Below are positions 41,314 to 54,272 of a stretch of 64,000 nucleotides of DNA, one piece after another. The stretch is from Fimbriosthenelais zetlandica. Lineage: Eukaryota. Under the pieces are notes generated by a model. It did no database searches, was not told the DNA's origin, and saw nothing but the letters and a program-made list of their open reading frames with translations. Within the stretch, counting starts at the first letter, position 1. Each line of letters begins with the position of its first letter. Where the stretch lies: the NCBI GenBank assembly GCA_977030845.1, contig OZ365114.1, positions 15,500,001 through 15,564,000 on the forward strand. The letters are read 5' to 3'. The position numbers and the translations under genes are program-made.

Positions 41314-44300
41314 GTGAGTGAAATTCTCTTTTTCTGTTTACCGCAAACACATTTATTATTTAAAAATGCAATTCATCCTGGTTACAATTTCTCTGTACAA
41401 AGGAAAATTGTTCAAATCCCAAGAAAGATAACATCAAGGCTGCTCTAGGTCTCTCCGCATTGCCTATGTGTCTTCTGAAATCGAAGAAAAGATGAACCTG
41501 CTTGAATATCTGTACAGAAATGCTTGTGTTCGGAAGATCCGAGAGAAACGACCTAAAAAACTAAGAGGAAAGCGACCGGAAAACTTCCTAATTACCGATA
41601 AGATGTCCATGTTGTAAACACAAGAAAGCCATTTATTTCAGCACAGACAAAAAATCAAAGGTAATTCCTCGATTCTTGGCTAGAACCCCCGTATCACGTC
41701 GTGGATAAATTTACCAATTCTCTGATAAGAGAACTGGATCAGGCAAAGAATTACCCACATAGGGACCGAAGCAGGAAAAAACATTCAACCGTAATGGTCA
41801 GATTTAATCAAGCGAAATGGAAAACTAACCGGGGAGGAGTCATTGGAGTGGCAGGTTGATGGGCGGAGCTGAGCTCTAAGCTATCTATACTTATCTCTCC
41901 TCCACCTGCTTTATATATGAGATGAGGTACTCAGTAGACTTCCCACCTGGCCTAGGACTAAAGCCACGGTCATATCTGATCACCGACTTCTTTGTTATGG
42001 CCTCTCTAGTGGCTCTGAAGATGAGGAGGGGATGATGATATCTGGCTAAGCCAATGAGTCCTGTAGATCATAATGACAATGCTTTCCTTCTATGCTACAG
42101 CCTATCTGATTCTCTGCTCTCTTTATATCATGATTAAACCATTGGCCTTATCAGAGGATCCGTGCTGGGGTGGCAGCCAGTTTATATACCAGTTCATGGG
42201 TCGGTGCTGAGATTACTGCAGTTTGCGTTTGTTTTCCACCATTAGGGAAAACAAAGCTTCTGGAAAATGGTCCTTGTTCAATTTTGCATCTCCAATTTTG
42301 AAAGAAGTGGGTTGCAGAATATTCCACCAACATTTCTTATGAAAGGAAGTCTGGTATCAGAAAACTGAAATCAAAACATTTAGATACTCTGAGATTGACC
42401 CGAATTACAAAGCTTTAAAACTGCAGATTCGTCTGGCGTGGGTCGTAAAGTATCATCATTATTCCGTGAGTGAGCCACACTCAGTATTCACCAGGTGCCG
42501 TAACCGTAGTGATCAAAATGCCATATAGAATGATCTGATTGGTCAATCTAAGCGGATCACGTGGCCAACATGGCAGCCTCCGGCAAACCCTAGTTAGACC
42601 TATCAGCGCTTGGCGGTAGCCATATTCAGACATCCTCTGGCAGGGTTTTTTAATATGTTGTCATATCATAGGATACAGCTGTATGACCCCACGGTGAAAG
42701 AACTCATTCCATCCCCGTAACTCCGGTCAACCTCCAACTATCCCTCTTTATAGGATGAAGTGGGTAATCTGAGTCATTTATAGAACTTTATCAAGGTCCA
42801 GGCTCACGTCATATAGATGACCTGTTAACATTATACGACCTTTACGTCATCTGTTTCACCCACCTCGAGCCCGTCTATGCCCACCATTTGACAGACTATT
42901 AACCCGTGAGGATTTAAACTGATCGGAAAAGTGCTCCCATCCATCTCCTTTTTCTGCAATTATATTGTCAAGTGCTGAGCATTTTGCGGTGCATATTAAA
43001 GATCCATTAGCCTTGATTCGGCAAAACGAGCAGATTATTTTAGATTGATAGAAAACAATTTGGCTTTCTTTTTTCGATGAGGGTTTGTCACATGCCTCCG
43101 ACAAGGTTGATTCCAAGTACACTGACCCGTTTCGCGTTAACCAAATGTTGAAAAACGCAGAATGAAGCTAGAAAAGTTTCAGTGAGAATGAGATTTCATG
43201 CTCCCCCCATCAACACCAACTGCCGTTTGACTCCAGTATTATGTTTAGAAGATGAGCGGCTTTCCCTTCCACATTGCTCTCCTCCTGAGTCAAGTTCAAG
43301 ACCACTGACTTTGAATATCGCTCATGCATTTAGCTCAGGGGCCATAACATCCGGCCCCTTTCCTTAACCTGGGCGATAATAGGATCGTTCTGAGCAGGCA
43401 TCACGTGACTGTCACCGTCTGTCGCAGCCAATGGGCTTCTATCGTCCATGTCGCATGTGCGTGAGCGCGGCATATTATCGGTGAAAATGCTGCTGGGTGC
43501 CCACGATTTATGTTCTCTTGCGAAATGAATATTCCTCTGCGGGTGGCAGAAGAATCTAATATTGAGATGTGATATGTGGGGCAGGGCGAGCGAGAGAAGT
43601 GTGGGGTGCGACCTGGTGTAGGGGATGTGAACTATCAGCATGTCGTCATCCTCAGGGACACGGTGGTTATCGGCAGGCCACCAGGCCCGAGTCAGATAGA
43701 GCATGAGACGTTATACCCGATTCACTGAATCAAGCATCCAAGAAATGTATATATGCTCATAAATGTATGTCTGGATAAAAATGAATGTCAGCCCTATATT
43801 GGGTAGTATGCATGCAGTTCTTGTATTGCACGCATGGCAATTGCCAACTTGGAAAGCATTCCATATTCTAGTTAAATCAATCTCGATCCACACAACATCA
43901 TTCATGTGCGATATTCCATCACGTATGTCTCAAAGGGCGCTCTAAATTAACTGTCTGACATGATTAACTTCAGTGTCTGGGGCGCAATAAGCTTTGGGTT
44001 ATTTCACTCTTTTAATATCTAATTTAGTATTCTTGGGATTATACAGACGGATGGGTAAAAATTCGACAGACTCCCATTGAAATTAATATCCGTATCAGCT
44101 TGGCCAACACAGCAGGCAATAGCGTCACTTTTCTAACAGGGCTTTTGAACTTTATTATGTTCACGTTTCACATTAGACAGACATTCTAATGGATATCCAT
44201 TAATATATGAAGAGCATTTAATCTGTTTAAGTACATTTAGTTTGCATAATATAGGTATATAAATGAGAAAATAGATTACTATGTAAAGAAATATGATTCT

Positions 44301-47300
44301 GTCTGAAGCTCAGTCTAAATGCCCCTAGCACATATATAATGTATTTGTCATTCCCCCTGTTGTATAACGGCATGTGTCATAGGATAAATCTTTCACTGGC
44401 ATCTGTCGGAGGCAAAAATCTTTCACAAGTTGCAGCGAGTCCGGGCCTACAGTGACACAGAAAACTGTGAATGTGAAAACTGGATGCGCGGGCTCGCTGT
44501 AGTTATACAACAATGTTGACTGTGACTCTGTTGCATATGTTAACTGCGTGTGACAGGATCTTCGTATAATCGTTTCTTGGACTTTTCTAGGGTCAGAATG
44601 TGTAAATCCATTTGCGCATAGAGTGGAAATGACAAGCAAGGATGGGATAAAAAGTTGAGATGGGCTTTTGCTCTTAGTCCTATTCTGTACCATACTCCCC
44701 TGCAGTGCTTTATAAGGTTCACTTCAACAGTAACAGCATCCAGCCCAGTGTTTATTAAGGACGAACATGCACCACTGATTCACCAATGCAATTTTACTGG
44801 TGTGGCTTGCACAGGGACCCCTGCTCCTAAATGGGTGTTTTTATACACAACAGTCGGCCAGCTTGTGTATGCACTGTATTGTTTGGTTTCACGGTCTGGA
44901 ATAGAGGTGACAATGGCTATGGCATTGCTATGGAAACAAGGGCATAAACACTGGGCAGACAAAGCCTGGAGCTAGCCTGCCTGTCACTTGGACTCACCTT
45001 GAATCACATGACCCTGACCTGTGCTTGTGGGGGTCTGTGCGGCTAGAGTTTTAGGTGTTGACGTTTTATAATCTCACGGCCTGGATTGGTGTATGGAAGA
45101 GAAGTGTTGTTAACAAGACTAGGGCTTTGAGCCACCCAAAAGCTAGTCATTCACTTAATACCCAGGCTGCCAGTTGGGTATTTTCCTGCCATGATCGATG
45201 ACCTTCTCACTCACCCAGCTGACCTATGGTTAGTGATCTGCCATCCTCGCCCCTGAGGTGTGTCCATCCCAGCAGCCTTTATCTGGAGGACAAAGCCCCT
45301 TAATGTAGACTGGACACATTCAGCGGGTGTGAAATGCATCTACTCTCCCTCATCAAATTTCAATCATGACTGCTGACCGTTAGACACTGGTTCTATACAA
45401 TACACTGTTATCTTTCAATTGACCTCTCATTCCCCATAGGCCTACCCCATCCTCCGAGGGTCCCAGGATACAGATCAGGACTTGACCTGATATATCCCAC
45501 ATGACAAATATCATTGAATTAAAACATCCGAACCGAACAAGTTTCGGAAATTAATTTCATACCAATCTTCAGCATTTCTCTTGCTAATGACTCCCTAGAT
45601 TCCTGAACGGAAGGCAGTCTATTCAGCCGACTATGTATAGTGGATATAAAGGAGACAACCTTGTTCTTCCTGGCAGATATCCTCCAAAACCGTTGGGGGT
45701 CAAGAATCTGAACTTATGTCCGAGGGGATGTCGACCCTGTCTTTGCATTTTGTATTAGAGTGGGTGTCCAATTTGAGAGTGTAGGGAGGAATATTGTGCC
45801 GCGGGAGGCCGGCTAGCTTCCGGCATACCGGTGTCGACCTCTAGTGGTTTGTGGCTGAGTTTGTCACGTCAGGTATGCCTGAGACGACATGACGAGTGGT
45901 TGTGAGTCAGCAGTGTCCTACATGGGCAAGTGACACGTCCAAGGCAAACCACCAGTAGCGCTAATCGGATTGGATCACGCGACAGAGGAATGAGTGCCCT
46001 CAACCCTAGCCCTGACCAGACTATCTTGTCATTTTATTTGAATTGAATCACCTTAACAGAGGTTTACACGCCTAGAGCAGTAATCTCCGATCAAAAGGCT
46101 TAAAGACGAGCCGGAACAAGTATTTTTTTCCTATATAGAATGCAACATACGATATCTAACATATTTCTATGGGAGAATGTTTCTAAATAAATTCTACGTT
46201 TGCAAATGAACATTGTGAAAGGATTGTCTTTCTGTTTTCACATTGTTTGGGAGTCAAGCCATGAATGTTGTACACTTACGGGTTGTGCTTGTTTTGAAAA
46301 AGCGGAACCGGGACCCACCCCTGGGAAGCCGCCATTTTGGGTCCTTAAAAATGTCAGCCAAATCACCCAATTGCGTGGTGCTGGGCTCTTGCCTTTTAAG
46401 GTACATGATTGGTTTTTGTGGTAGGCACTGATGAATGGCCTGGTCAATCATATAACATTGGCCATCCGGTTGGAGAAAGCAATGAAGCGGTAACTAAGGC
46501 AACTGACCAGAAGGCAGCTATAACTTCAGGGTCATCATGTGATTCCCAAGGAAACCTTGAGGGAAGCTTTTGCTGGCTTTGGACAAACATTCAAAAACAT
46601 GTCATTACGAGCACCTAAAAACCAACCTGACAAAATGGCAATTTCAAACGATTCTCATAACTGCCTAAAAGCACTTGAGGAGGTGCATAAATCATTTTCT
46701 GGCAATTATATGGGACGTTATGAAATGTTGCAGCTACTTTTTGGACCAGGACATGGCAAAGTTAAAAAGTCTTCACGCCAAAGACAAAAATAACTTTAGA
46801 AAAAAACTCCAGTGATAATTGCATTATCATTGGACACTTCCTGGTATGAACGTCCTCTGAGATCTTTGCTTCAGAATGAACAAACAATGAGTTATAGCAG
46901 AACAAATGGTATATTCAATTACATAGGCTCCTTTCATCCAAACAGGATATTTGACTGTTTGAATTGTTCTGAGCATACAGATCTAGCATGTAGTGTGGTT
47001 GTCCTGCGGGTGCACCATGAGAGGAATATTTTGAGAACATAGTCCCCAAATGGTGGCTGATCAGCATGATTTATTGGCCCATTTATTGGCATTTTAATGC
47101 GAGTTTATTAGATAACCGGAGGAGTGTGAGTCAGCTTGGTTGAGAGGAGGCGTGGCAGGGGATGTGAAACAGGAGTCCTTATTGCATTGTTTCCCTTTGT
47201 TTTACGCTTCTGCAGACGGTTGCAGGTGTCAACCAGCGGCTAACCATATGGCATGTAAGCCTGTGGCTGCATCTCCCCCACCCACAACCCCATCTCAGGG

Positions 47301-50300
47301 ACTGTTATTAGGAGAATAATGTCACATGTAACAAGGTTAAGGCAGGGTCTGCTTATTATACTTGTCACAAACTTTAAGGAGTCTCCACACATTGATGTAG
47401 TGTGTCCCCCAGCCTCTGCTATACAGCCTAAGTACCTCTCGCCTCAGCAAGATACAGGACTGCTACATTGATCCCTATTTGCATGAATGAATATCGAGCA
47501 ATTAAGCATGTCGAAGCGAAAAGCGGCTCCGCACGTCCTTAGGCCAAACAACAGCTCCTCTTGTCCGACAACATGCGATAGCCCAATATCACCATCAAGT
47601 CCCACTACCCATTAGTCCCTGCCACTAATCACTTGGGCCTGTCACTTGGAGGGGTGGATCAAGCAGGGTGCTGAGCCCCATATTGTCAAAAATCGTCAGG
47701 ATTAGCACTGGCAGGGGCATGCCCTTACTAATGGCCCAAAAAGTGCGGTGGAAGAAAAGACCCCCACCCTGCCAAATTGTCTCATGCAAAGCCTTGAGTC
47801 ACACTTCCTGTGTTTTCATTATTTGATTAAAATGATCTGAGAACAATTACTGTCTTTTTTGCCATCATTTTGAGATTGATTCCCCACGGACATGGATTTG
47901 GGTGTAAATACTGTTTCCATTGGGACTAGCTTTAGTTAATGGGAAATTAAAGCGAGCTGATGAAGCAAGGGTCCATCTGCTTGGCAAGGAGGGTCGGCAT
48001 CGTGCAAACGTCAGGACATATTCTTACACCTATTTATTAGGTATTCACAATAATACGTGTCATTATTCCCTATTTCTTTCTACTGCGATGACAGGAACAT
48101 TATGTTAAGACATGGGCATGAAGGGTGGTGTAGTATATTATAATGGCCTCATTTTCATACCTCATTTGCTGCTGATGTGTGCCGCCATTGACAGTCAGCC
48201 ACCCGTATGATGTGATATACCTGATGGCAGAGTAATAGCTGTCATTGCTGGATTATAACATCTCAGTCCGGCAGCCCACTGATGTACGCTCTTAGCCCCT
48301 TAATGTGTCTTTTGGCCTGTGAAACTCAATCATTGACAAACAGAGCAGGAAAAGAGTGACAAAATAATTGATGGTGGTGATCATTTTGCATTGTTTCAGC
48401 AATGACAGAATTGCAGGGGGACTTTCGACAGGTTGATGTTCTTCTTGGGTTTCAAGGCCAACAGCGACCGAAAGGCAATCAATTGTAAATTACTGACATG
48501 TATTAAAGCCGTACTGGTACTGACACACCGATGCTAAATTTCGGTCAATAGTTCAGACAGTATTGTACATACCCATTTCCAACTCGGTTTTCAGGGGTTG
48601 CAATGACTTGCATTTGCTGATTTTTGCCTGCCTCTTATGCCGGAAATCCATTGCAGATTATGATAGCCATCATGGAACATGATCTATGATGTCAAGTATT
48701 AAATTCATCATGTAAGATGAGGGATGCTGGTTTCAATGCATGGCTTGTCAGTGTACATCGTGGCAATTTGTCATATTGAGTGGACAGTCAGTTGATTTGC
48801 GTACTGTTTGACTTTTATCTGATACTTCTGAGAATGACCACACAAGACACGCCCACTGACAATGAATCATACAAGCCATGCATGTACTATAATAATTATT
48901 GTGGAACAATGTATACACTTTTCCCGTCATCCTGAGTCATCCTGCTTTGTAGGCCTACAATGAATTCCAACCCTGGTCCTAGAGCTGAAAGGTATGGCCC
49001 GGACCATGTGAAACGTATTAGTGAATTCTAATCTATGTGCCCGCTAATGATTTGTCAATAGGACAAGATGTATGGGGACCTTTTGTGCCTGTTTGGCAGG
49101 TATCAGTTTCAGGGGATAATTTACTAAACATTGGATCGATGGAATCGCTTAGCCATGACGTGCAGTTTTCCACTGGCCTGCATTAAACAGCACGCTCGAT
49201 ATTCAGCCTCACTACAGGAGCTATTTTTTTTGCATTTCATAATTTGATTCTATTGTGATTCAGACCCGTTCTTTTATTTCATTTAATTTACGTTTCACAC
49301 AAAGCTGGGAGGAATTTTAACAATTGTAAGTTAGCTGTCAGATGCATGCAGTGAGGGGTGTTTTTTGTTGCCAAATGATCCTGTTTTGTTGTGGCGTTAC
49401 AAAAGCACTTCACCATGGACAATGTGGTGTTAAGTTATTTTAAAATTCTGTTTCCATGCAATCCTGTGCAATTTTCTCTCGGTTGAGGGTGCACATCACT
49501 CAGGCACTCCCCATTGGGCAGATTTCTGGAAATATGTGCAAATAGGTTATGTGTCATTATTCACACATATGGCATGAGAATAGTGGACATCCTGCCCTTA
49601 TTTAGGTGTATTTCTTAAAAAATGATTTTACATTAAAGTTGATAACATATATAGCGATCTAAATAAGCGGATAATAAAAACATTGCTCTTTGAGGGGGTG
49701 TGTTAAGAGCCCTTTATTCATTCGCAAGCTGCTCCTTTTTTCACGCCTCAATTAAAATAAATAAAGAGTCGTGTTTAGCCTTGAACCGGAAGACAATATC
49801 GTGCTATAAATGAAGCTACTTATCAAATATAAGCCAGTGCTAAAAAGGGCTAGAGCTTCTATTAGTAGGCCAATGGGAAAGTATAACCAACATCCTCTTA
49901 GTAGTCATCAAAAATGAAACAACCCACAGAGGCAAAAGAAAGAGTCTAGTTTTTTAATAGCGGGATAACATAAAGAGCATGATGTATGTATACCCGGCCT
50001 GTGTCGCCCATGGCACTTAGTCATCGAATACGCACATCTTAAAATGTATTCTTCCTTTCCTTTCTCATGTTACTCCTCCCTGTCTCCTTTTCACTCTGTT
50101 GTTTGAATGTATTTTTGATGACAAGAAAATCACTAAGGATTGCCTGGAAACATACCATTAATGGGTTCTATGTCACATGGTTGCCTATATTAATACGGAA
50201 TGAACTGGGTTCTCATTTCCATTGCGACAGGCCCGTATGTGCGCGGAAAATTCTAGTCTGGAATCCAATTCATTGAGTCTTGCACATGAATGATTCTGAC

Positions 50301-51490
50301 AAAGATGGGACTTCACAGAACCCAAGTTTAAAATTTCGAGTACTCGGTTATGACCTCAAGACCCATATTTTGTGTTGTTTGTATATGCAAAACATGGTCC
50401 TTGATTGTCAGACTGAATTCATGTCAAGCCCTGAACAACGTTTCTTTCCGATTGCAACCTGAGTATTCCAGTAGTGGAACTACCCTGATACAATGCATTA
50501 GTAAATAGGACAATTGACTCAATAGTTACATGGTGTTTGCTATTCCACTCCATGCACAAGCAATTTCAGGGGTCACTACACTCCATGAGACGGGGTATTT
50601 CTCTGTAGGCGCCCACCAGATTGTGCAAACTGAATAGGGACTGGGTTGGGATAGGTGGAATTGCCTGCTGTCCGTTTTCTCCTGGTTGAGACCATTTCAT
50701 GCTTTGTTCATCAAGAATGAATGTTTATTGACTTTACTGACAAGACATACATTGCTTCAAAATAAAATAACAAATGAAAAAGTTTTGGGGCTGATTCTTC
50801 CATGGCACAAGGTTCCATCAAGCAGGAGTCATAATGTCCTTTCCGATTGGCATCAATTCCAATAATACCCATGGCCTTTATATGCACACATCGGCTCTTG
50901 AGACCAGACTCTGTTTTACGACTGCATAATGCCTTTATAAAGCCCAGCTCCGTCCCCAGCAAGCAAAGTGGTCATTGCAATCCAGTCATTATAGCCAGTG
51001 CATTAACCCCTGAGTTGCTCTCTGAGCAGTTGGCCATGACTTGATGTATGAGCTCTGTTTGTGCAGTTTTGGTAGGAAAGGTACAGTTCCATTGAGTGGC
51101 GCATGTACTGGGGTATTAGCCTCTTTTAGAGCTGGGCGAGTTTACAGAGAAATGAATGGCCGTGTATTCAATATGCCTGAGTCAATTCTTCAGACAAAGA
51201 GACCGAGGCACTTAGGCTAAGAACAAGGGCTCTCTTGCCGCCAGTCAGTATTTGGAAACCATTGTGTCATATACAATAGCTGTGATTTTATGCAAATTGG
51301 CGACGGCGCTGAGCATTTGCGTTTAATTCTCCTTCAATGAAACAAATGAATTGCAAACAATTGATTTCCCCTTTCTCAGCCAGACACTTTGAATCCATCC
51401 AAACTTAAATATTCAAATCAAAGAGACTCCTTGACTGCATTTTATACAATGAATGGAAATATTATTCCACCGGTTACAACAGCAGACATA

Positions 51491-54272
51491 CACTCTTAGA
51501 CCCAGATCCGCGAATGACCATCATTGGACGGTCATTTGACCTGCAACTAATCTCCGGCAGGTTGACCAGCATTAGATGGAGCCCCCCACCCCCTCCCATC
51601 AAATGACGGTCACGCTTCACGCGGCGCCAGTATTTACTGGAACACAGCGCCATCATAAACTGGACGCGCGACCGTTATATAATGGCCGACACTGCCATTT
51701 TATACTGGCAACTCCCGTCTATTACAGTACATTCCCAGTAAATTCTGGTCGGTTGACCATATAGCGTCTATCGCCATTGACCGTTTATAGTTGAATTTGA
51801 CCGTCAATTTACAAATCTTCCAGTTCAGGGGTGGGGGCGGGGGCTATATATATTTTTTTATAAATTAATATGCGATATAACAGTAAAAAAATCAAATCAT
51901 GTTTATTCGAAACTTCTTTTATTTAAGATAACTCAGGAAATTAGCATGACAGTAATCCCATAATAAAAATAGTTAAACAGTAGAAATAATTGTGATATTC
52001 CATTCTAATAGATAATCACATAATCCTTTGAATTATCACATTTAGTTTATATCAATACACTTAAAATGGGCGCTCGATGGTCGTCTTTTATTAGATAATG
52101 TATATTGCTATTAGCACCAATAATTCATTACATGATGAAAATTTCAAGCTTTTGTTAGAAATAAAAAACAGTATAATTGGCACAATTTAATATTAAATTA
52201 AAATTTAATAATAAGAGAGATAATTAAGTAACATAATTATGGAAAGCTGTATGTATGGAACCCCCAATGACACAGAGGTTTAAAATGCTGGTCTCAAAAT
52301 TAAAAACGCCTATACTCTCATAATAACTTTAACATATCACATTAAACTTACACCATTTGGTTAAAAAGAAGTTATGTATCACGCTTTAAATAATTGTTTA
52401 CGCTTGTTCTTGGAATGTTGTAAACTGTCGAATGAAGGTCCCAACCCTTTGAGGAATTTCCATTTTCCTCTTTGTGGTCGTTTTGTTTCCATTGTCAGGC
52501 ACACCCATGAATAATCTGAAAATATAAGATACAGACTTAGCATTTGCTTGTCTTGTAGCGACATGTAGAACTGCGAGTGTTTCATTTATACAATCTTTTT
52601 AAAAAAAATCGATTTACCTATTGTACCACAATGTTTATACACAGGTTCCATCATCTTATCGACTTTTCCAAATTTACTTATTACTTACCGGGTAGGCCCT
52701 ATCCAGTCCAACAGTCACGGCCTCTGACATCTTCAGATTTTGATGTCTTAGCCCATATGTAGGTGTAGCCTAGGCCTATCAGAAACTGGCACGTGATTCG
52801 GTGAAGTTGCAGGTAGCCTAGAGAAAGTTAAAATGAATATTAATAATAATAGGCCTATTAAAAAGGATATGTTCTATCCCAGAATTATTGGCTAGTCGGC
52901 CTATAGGTGAATTGCAGGTCTATCTCTATCGTAATAATAGGCCTATAGCCTCGCACATGTCATGCCTCATGGTCATAAGACCGCTCAGACTCGGTAGGCC
53001 TCCCGGGGTAGGCCTATTACCCCTGCCGCCGTCACTGCAGCAGAAGCCGGCAGTGGTCAAGATTGCTGCGTGGACCATGGCTGTGGGGGAGATGTTCTTC
53101 CATATTAAACTTAGAAAGGCCTAAACATATTATATCATGTCTGTTCTTTCACATCATTGGGACCTGAATTACCATAGCAATACCTGCATCTTTTCGTGCT
53201 TCCACCCTCCTAGGCCTATAGGCTATTAAAAGCTAAGAGAGCCTTATGTGCATGTGCGATAATCATAATGATGAAAGAAAGAATGAATGAATGAGCGAGC
53301 GAGCGGTCGGGCTCAAGGTGCTAACAGTGATGTCTTGGAAGCAGATCTGATATTCCACTTATCACATTGTTATAATATGATTGTCAAGCAAAATCAAAAT
53401 GTCAGAAAATAAAGAAATTACCGTGTAAATGGTGTACAATCCTCTCTTCCTTCCCCATGCGCCAGTCTGTTTTTCTTCTATCCAAGATGGCGACGAAAAC
53501 AAAGATGGCGCCTACCCACGTGACCAAAATTGCCGCCAACTGCCCGTGGGCCTGAAAGCAATCCCGTCCCTCCGAGACTAGGCCTAGCTAAATTTATCCC
53601 CATAATAATAGACCTTTTATTGGCCTACGCTTGCAAATTATGATGGACCTAATTTTTAAAAAATGGGCCTATGATTAAAAAAAATATGTCTTGAGCCCTA
53701 GGCATAGCGCCCCCTATTGATTAATTTTAAATGTTTGGCTTAGGCCTAGGGCTCGAGCATCTAATAATAGGCTTATTTAGCCTGGCCATATAAGGCTCAG
53801 ACTTAAAAAATGGCAATATAGTCATAGTAAAAGTCAGTTCATCTAGAAAATAGGCCAGCATGCATGTAGGCTACACCTATAGGCCTAGGCCTACACTTTA
53901 TGCCTACTTTCAAAAAGGCCTAGGAAGGCCGTATTATGATGGCTACTCCTGCCATTGACGGCATAAATATGGACAACTTTGACCAGATATTACTGGCAGT
54001 GACCGCCGATTGATGGCGATTCAATATGCATCCAACATGTGCTGATTCTTGCCAGGGAAAAATAGCCAATGACCGTATTATGATGGCTACTCCTGTCATT
54101 GACCGATCTTGACCGCATAAAGACGACTTTGACCAGATATTACTGGCAGTGACCGCCGATTGATGGCGACACAAAACGCATCCGACATGTGCTGATTCTT
54201 GGCAGGAATAACTGGAATATGACCAGTTATAAAAAGAAATTGACCGCTGAATGCCGCCAGAGTTTTAGAGTG
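51491..54272. mobile_element. Non-autonomous CACTA/EnSpm-type DNA transposon (about 2.78 kb)
   Basis: The left end is CACTCTTAGA and the reverse complement of the right end is CACTCTAAAA. Both ends are flanked by TA (51489-51490 and 54273-54274). TGACC(G)/GGTCA motifs are dense in both subterminal regions. I saw no transposase ORF. Confidence 0.75.
53929..54210. repeat. Two-copy imperfect tandem duplication, period about 144 bp, in the right subterminal region of the CACTA element
   Basis: CCGTATTATGATGGCTACTCCTG starts at both 53929 and 54073. CTTTGACCAGATATTACTGGCAGTGACCGCCGATTGATGGCGA and ACATGTGCTGATTCTTG are shared by both copies. Confidence 0.95.

Noticed and set aside
44325-44693. 122-aa minus-strand ORF with a signal-peptide-like start.
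   Set aside because: No recognisable domain, splice context or promoter support.
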